Shown piece by piece: positions 62,191 to 64,000 of a DNA stretch of 64,000 nucleotides. A program made the translations under genes and the position numbers. The stretch covers positions 54,500,001 to 54,564,000 of the forward strand of contig NC_087436.1 of assembly GCF_036321535.1 (NCBI RefSeq), written 5' to 3'. Position 1 is the first letter of the stretch; every line of letters starts with the position of its first letter. The notes under the pieces are model-generated. The model worked only from the letters and a program-made list of their open reading frames with translations. It made no database searches and had not been told where the DNA came from. This DNA comes from Camelus dromedarius. Taxonomy: Eukaryota.

Positions 62191-64000
62191 TAACCTGAAG
62201 CCTGTTTGTGTTTTTTTAGGGTTCTCATAACACTGCAATACTCTGTGCTTATCTTTGTCATATTTTTCTCATTTGATAATAATAATCCTTCCTGTATCTG
62301 TATGCATGTGTGTATTTAGGGGACAAGGAATATTGCAGATGTTTATCTGTCTCTGTCCCTAGATGGTAGGGTTTCTAGAGTCAGTGTCCCCAGCCTTGCG
62401 TCTGTGTTGGATGGAAGGTGAAGTATACACGTGGAACAAATCAGTGATCGGCAGTTATCCCCATTCTCGGACACGGATTATTAGAAGTTTGGAATCAGCC
62501 ATTGCCTGAAATGTTTAAAACAGCTTGTTGTAAAGGTTTACAGTCTCCACACTGTCTCCACACTGATGTATAATTTAGTGCTGAAGAAGGAACTTTGATC
62601 CTAACAAGACTTACCAGTTTACCCTGGTAACCACAGTACTTCCGCTGCTTTGTATCTTTCCCAGGGCTCAGTAGAGGGCTCTGTTCTTAGACACTTAGAG
62701 TTTATATGTAAAGCTATTGCTGTGGTTTTAGTGTTCTTGAATTTTCAAGAATTAATTCTATGTATGACAGATGTTAGCTGGAGTAGACTATTATGGGATG
62801 TCATCTGTAATTCTGAAGCACAGACTCCTGTTTTCCCTCTTCAGAGTGGAGGCCCTTCTTTTCTCTTTAACATGTGGCAAAAGTAGGGGACACAACAGCA
62901 GTGTTTTACGTTTAATTTGCCCTTACATTATGTAATGCTAAAAGTGCAGATTTTCTTGATTTAAAATCAAATACTGAGTAACTTTCTAATGTTAACACCT
63001 ACATAAGGCTTTGTTTTTAGATTTTTATATTTTAATGACATAAATCCTAATTAAGTTATTCTTTCACACTTTTCTTTCTCATTTGGAAATTCTCTATGAT
63101 TCTCTGAACAATGTGCTAATAAACTTTGTTGTTCTTTATGGTTTGTTTTAAGGCAAGACACTATTACAATTTCTTGTAAGATTTTTCTGAACCTAATTAA
63201 AACTTAGTGCATCAATTCTAATTTTATAGATTGGATGTCTAAAGCTCATAAGGAGGAATAAAGTTTCATCTTAAAAACTTAAATGGAATCTTTTTCTCTG
63301 TTATCTGATTGCATCTGAGGCTTCTTAGAATTTTCTCATGAATTGGAGTTTTTTAATTTCATATTCCTCGTGTAGTCAAATTATATTTACTATACTTTTT
63401 CTGTTAAAACTCTTGTTAATTTAAATAACAAAACTCTTCATTAGTTATTTAGGAAAGAAAATAAATCATGAAATTAGTGAATAATAATGTGATATTACAA
63501 ATATATCTGAAGTCAGGTTCCAAGGACTGTCTTATAAAGCTTCCTACTTTCTTTTTCCAGTATAATCTTATTTTGAAATAAATGATTTGTTAATAGCCTA
63601 TAATATGTGGTTTTACATTTTAAAATAGAATATAAATGCTTGTCAGTTGAAAAACACAAGTTAATGAAATGGGAAACAGCAAACTATTTTGAGTATCACA
63701 GTAATACTGAGTTCATTTTTTGTTGATATGTTGTATTTTCATTATCATTCAATGCAAAATGTTATCTTACTTGCATTCTAACTTTTTTGATCCATGAATT
63801 ATTTGAAAATATATTACCTATTTTTATAGTTTTTACTTCTCTGGGTTATAGTGGTATGGTAGGAAGACACAGTCAGCTAAATAGGCTTTTAGTATAGAGT
63901 TATTCAAAGGAAATATCTAAATATTTAAGAGGAAAAAAATTGAGTCAGTTAAAACTATAATTTCATATGCATGGATTTGTTCAGATTTGTTCGGAAACCT

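Noticed and set aside
62543..62565. 11-bp tandem duplication GTCTCCACACT x2
   Set aside because: Ordinary slippage duplication
62609..62680. Minus-strand exon ending at CTG|gtaagt (SPLLSPGKDTKQRKYCGYQGKL)
   Set aside because: Good donor but no pyrimidine-rich acceptor and no recognisable protein

Overview
AT-rich, repeat-dense mammalian genomic DNA, intronic or intergenic. It is very probably from a camelid, given a tRNA-Ala-derived Vic-1-type SINE at ~25.9 kb and artiodactyl-type L1 3' ends. I recognise no intact protein-coding gene. The supplied ORFs are either chance ORFs or fragments of transposon genes. The dominant feature is a decayed but structurally complete ~6.45 kb class I (ERV1, gammaretrovirus-like) provirus at 11846-18295. 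It has a 4-bp TSD (AAAG), two LTRs about 20% diverged by eye, a degenerate tRNA-Ile PBS, gag (MHR, CCHC), pro, RT, RNase H and a PPT. Its integrase core is deleted and interrupted by a later L1 insertion, and env is absent. The rest of the window is a mosaic of L1, L2, CR1/L3, MIR, MaLR and ERV1 solo LTRs, hAT MITEs and microsatellites, plus a few unique stretches with candidate exons, hairpins and motif clusters. Repeat family names come from recalled consensus similarity, not from a database search, and many boundaries are approximate. I see no convincing evidence of a novel biological system. The findings are mostly about retroelement history and speculative regulatory or splicing signals.
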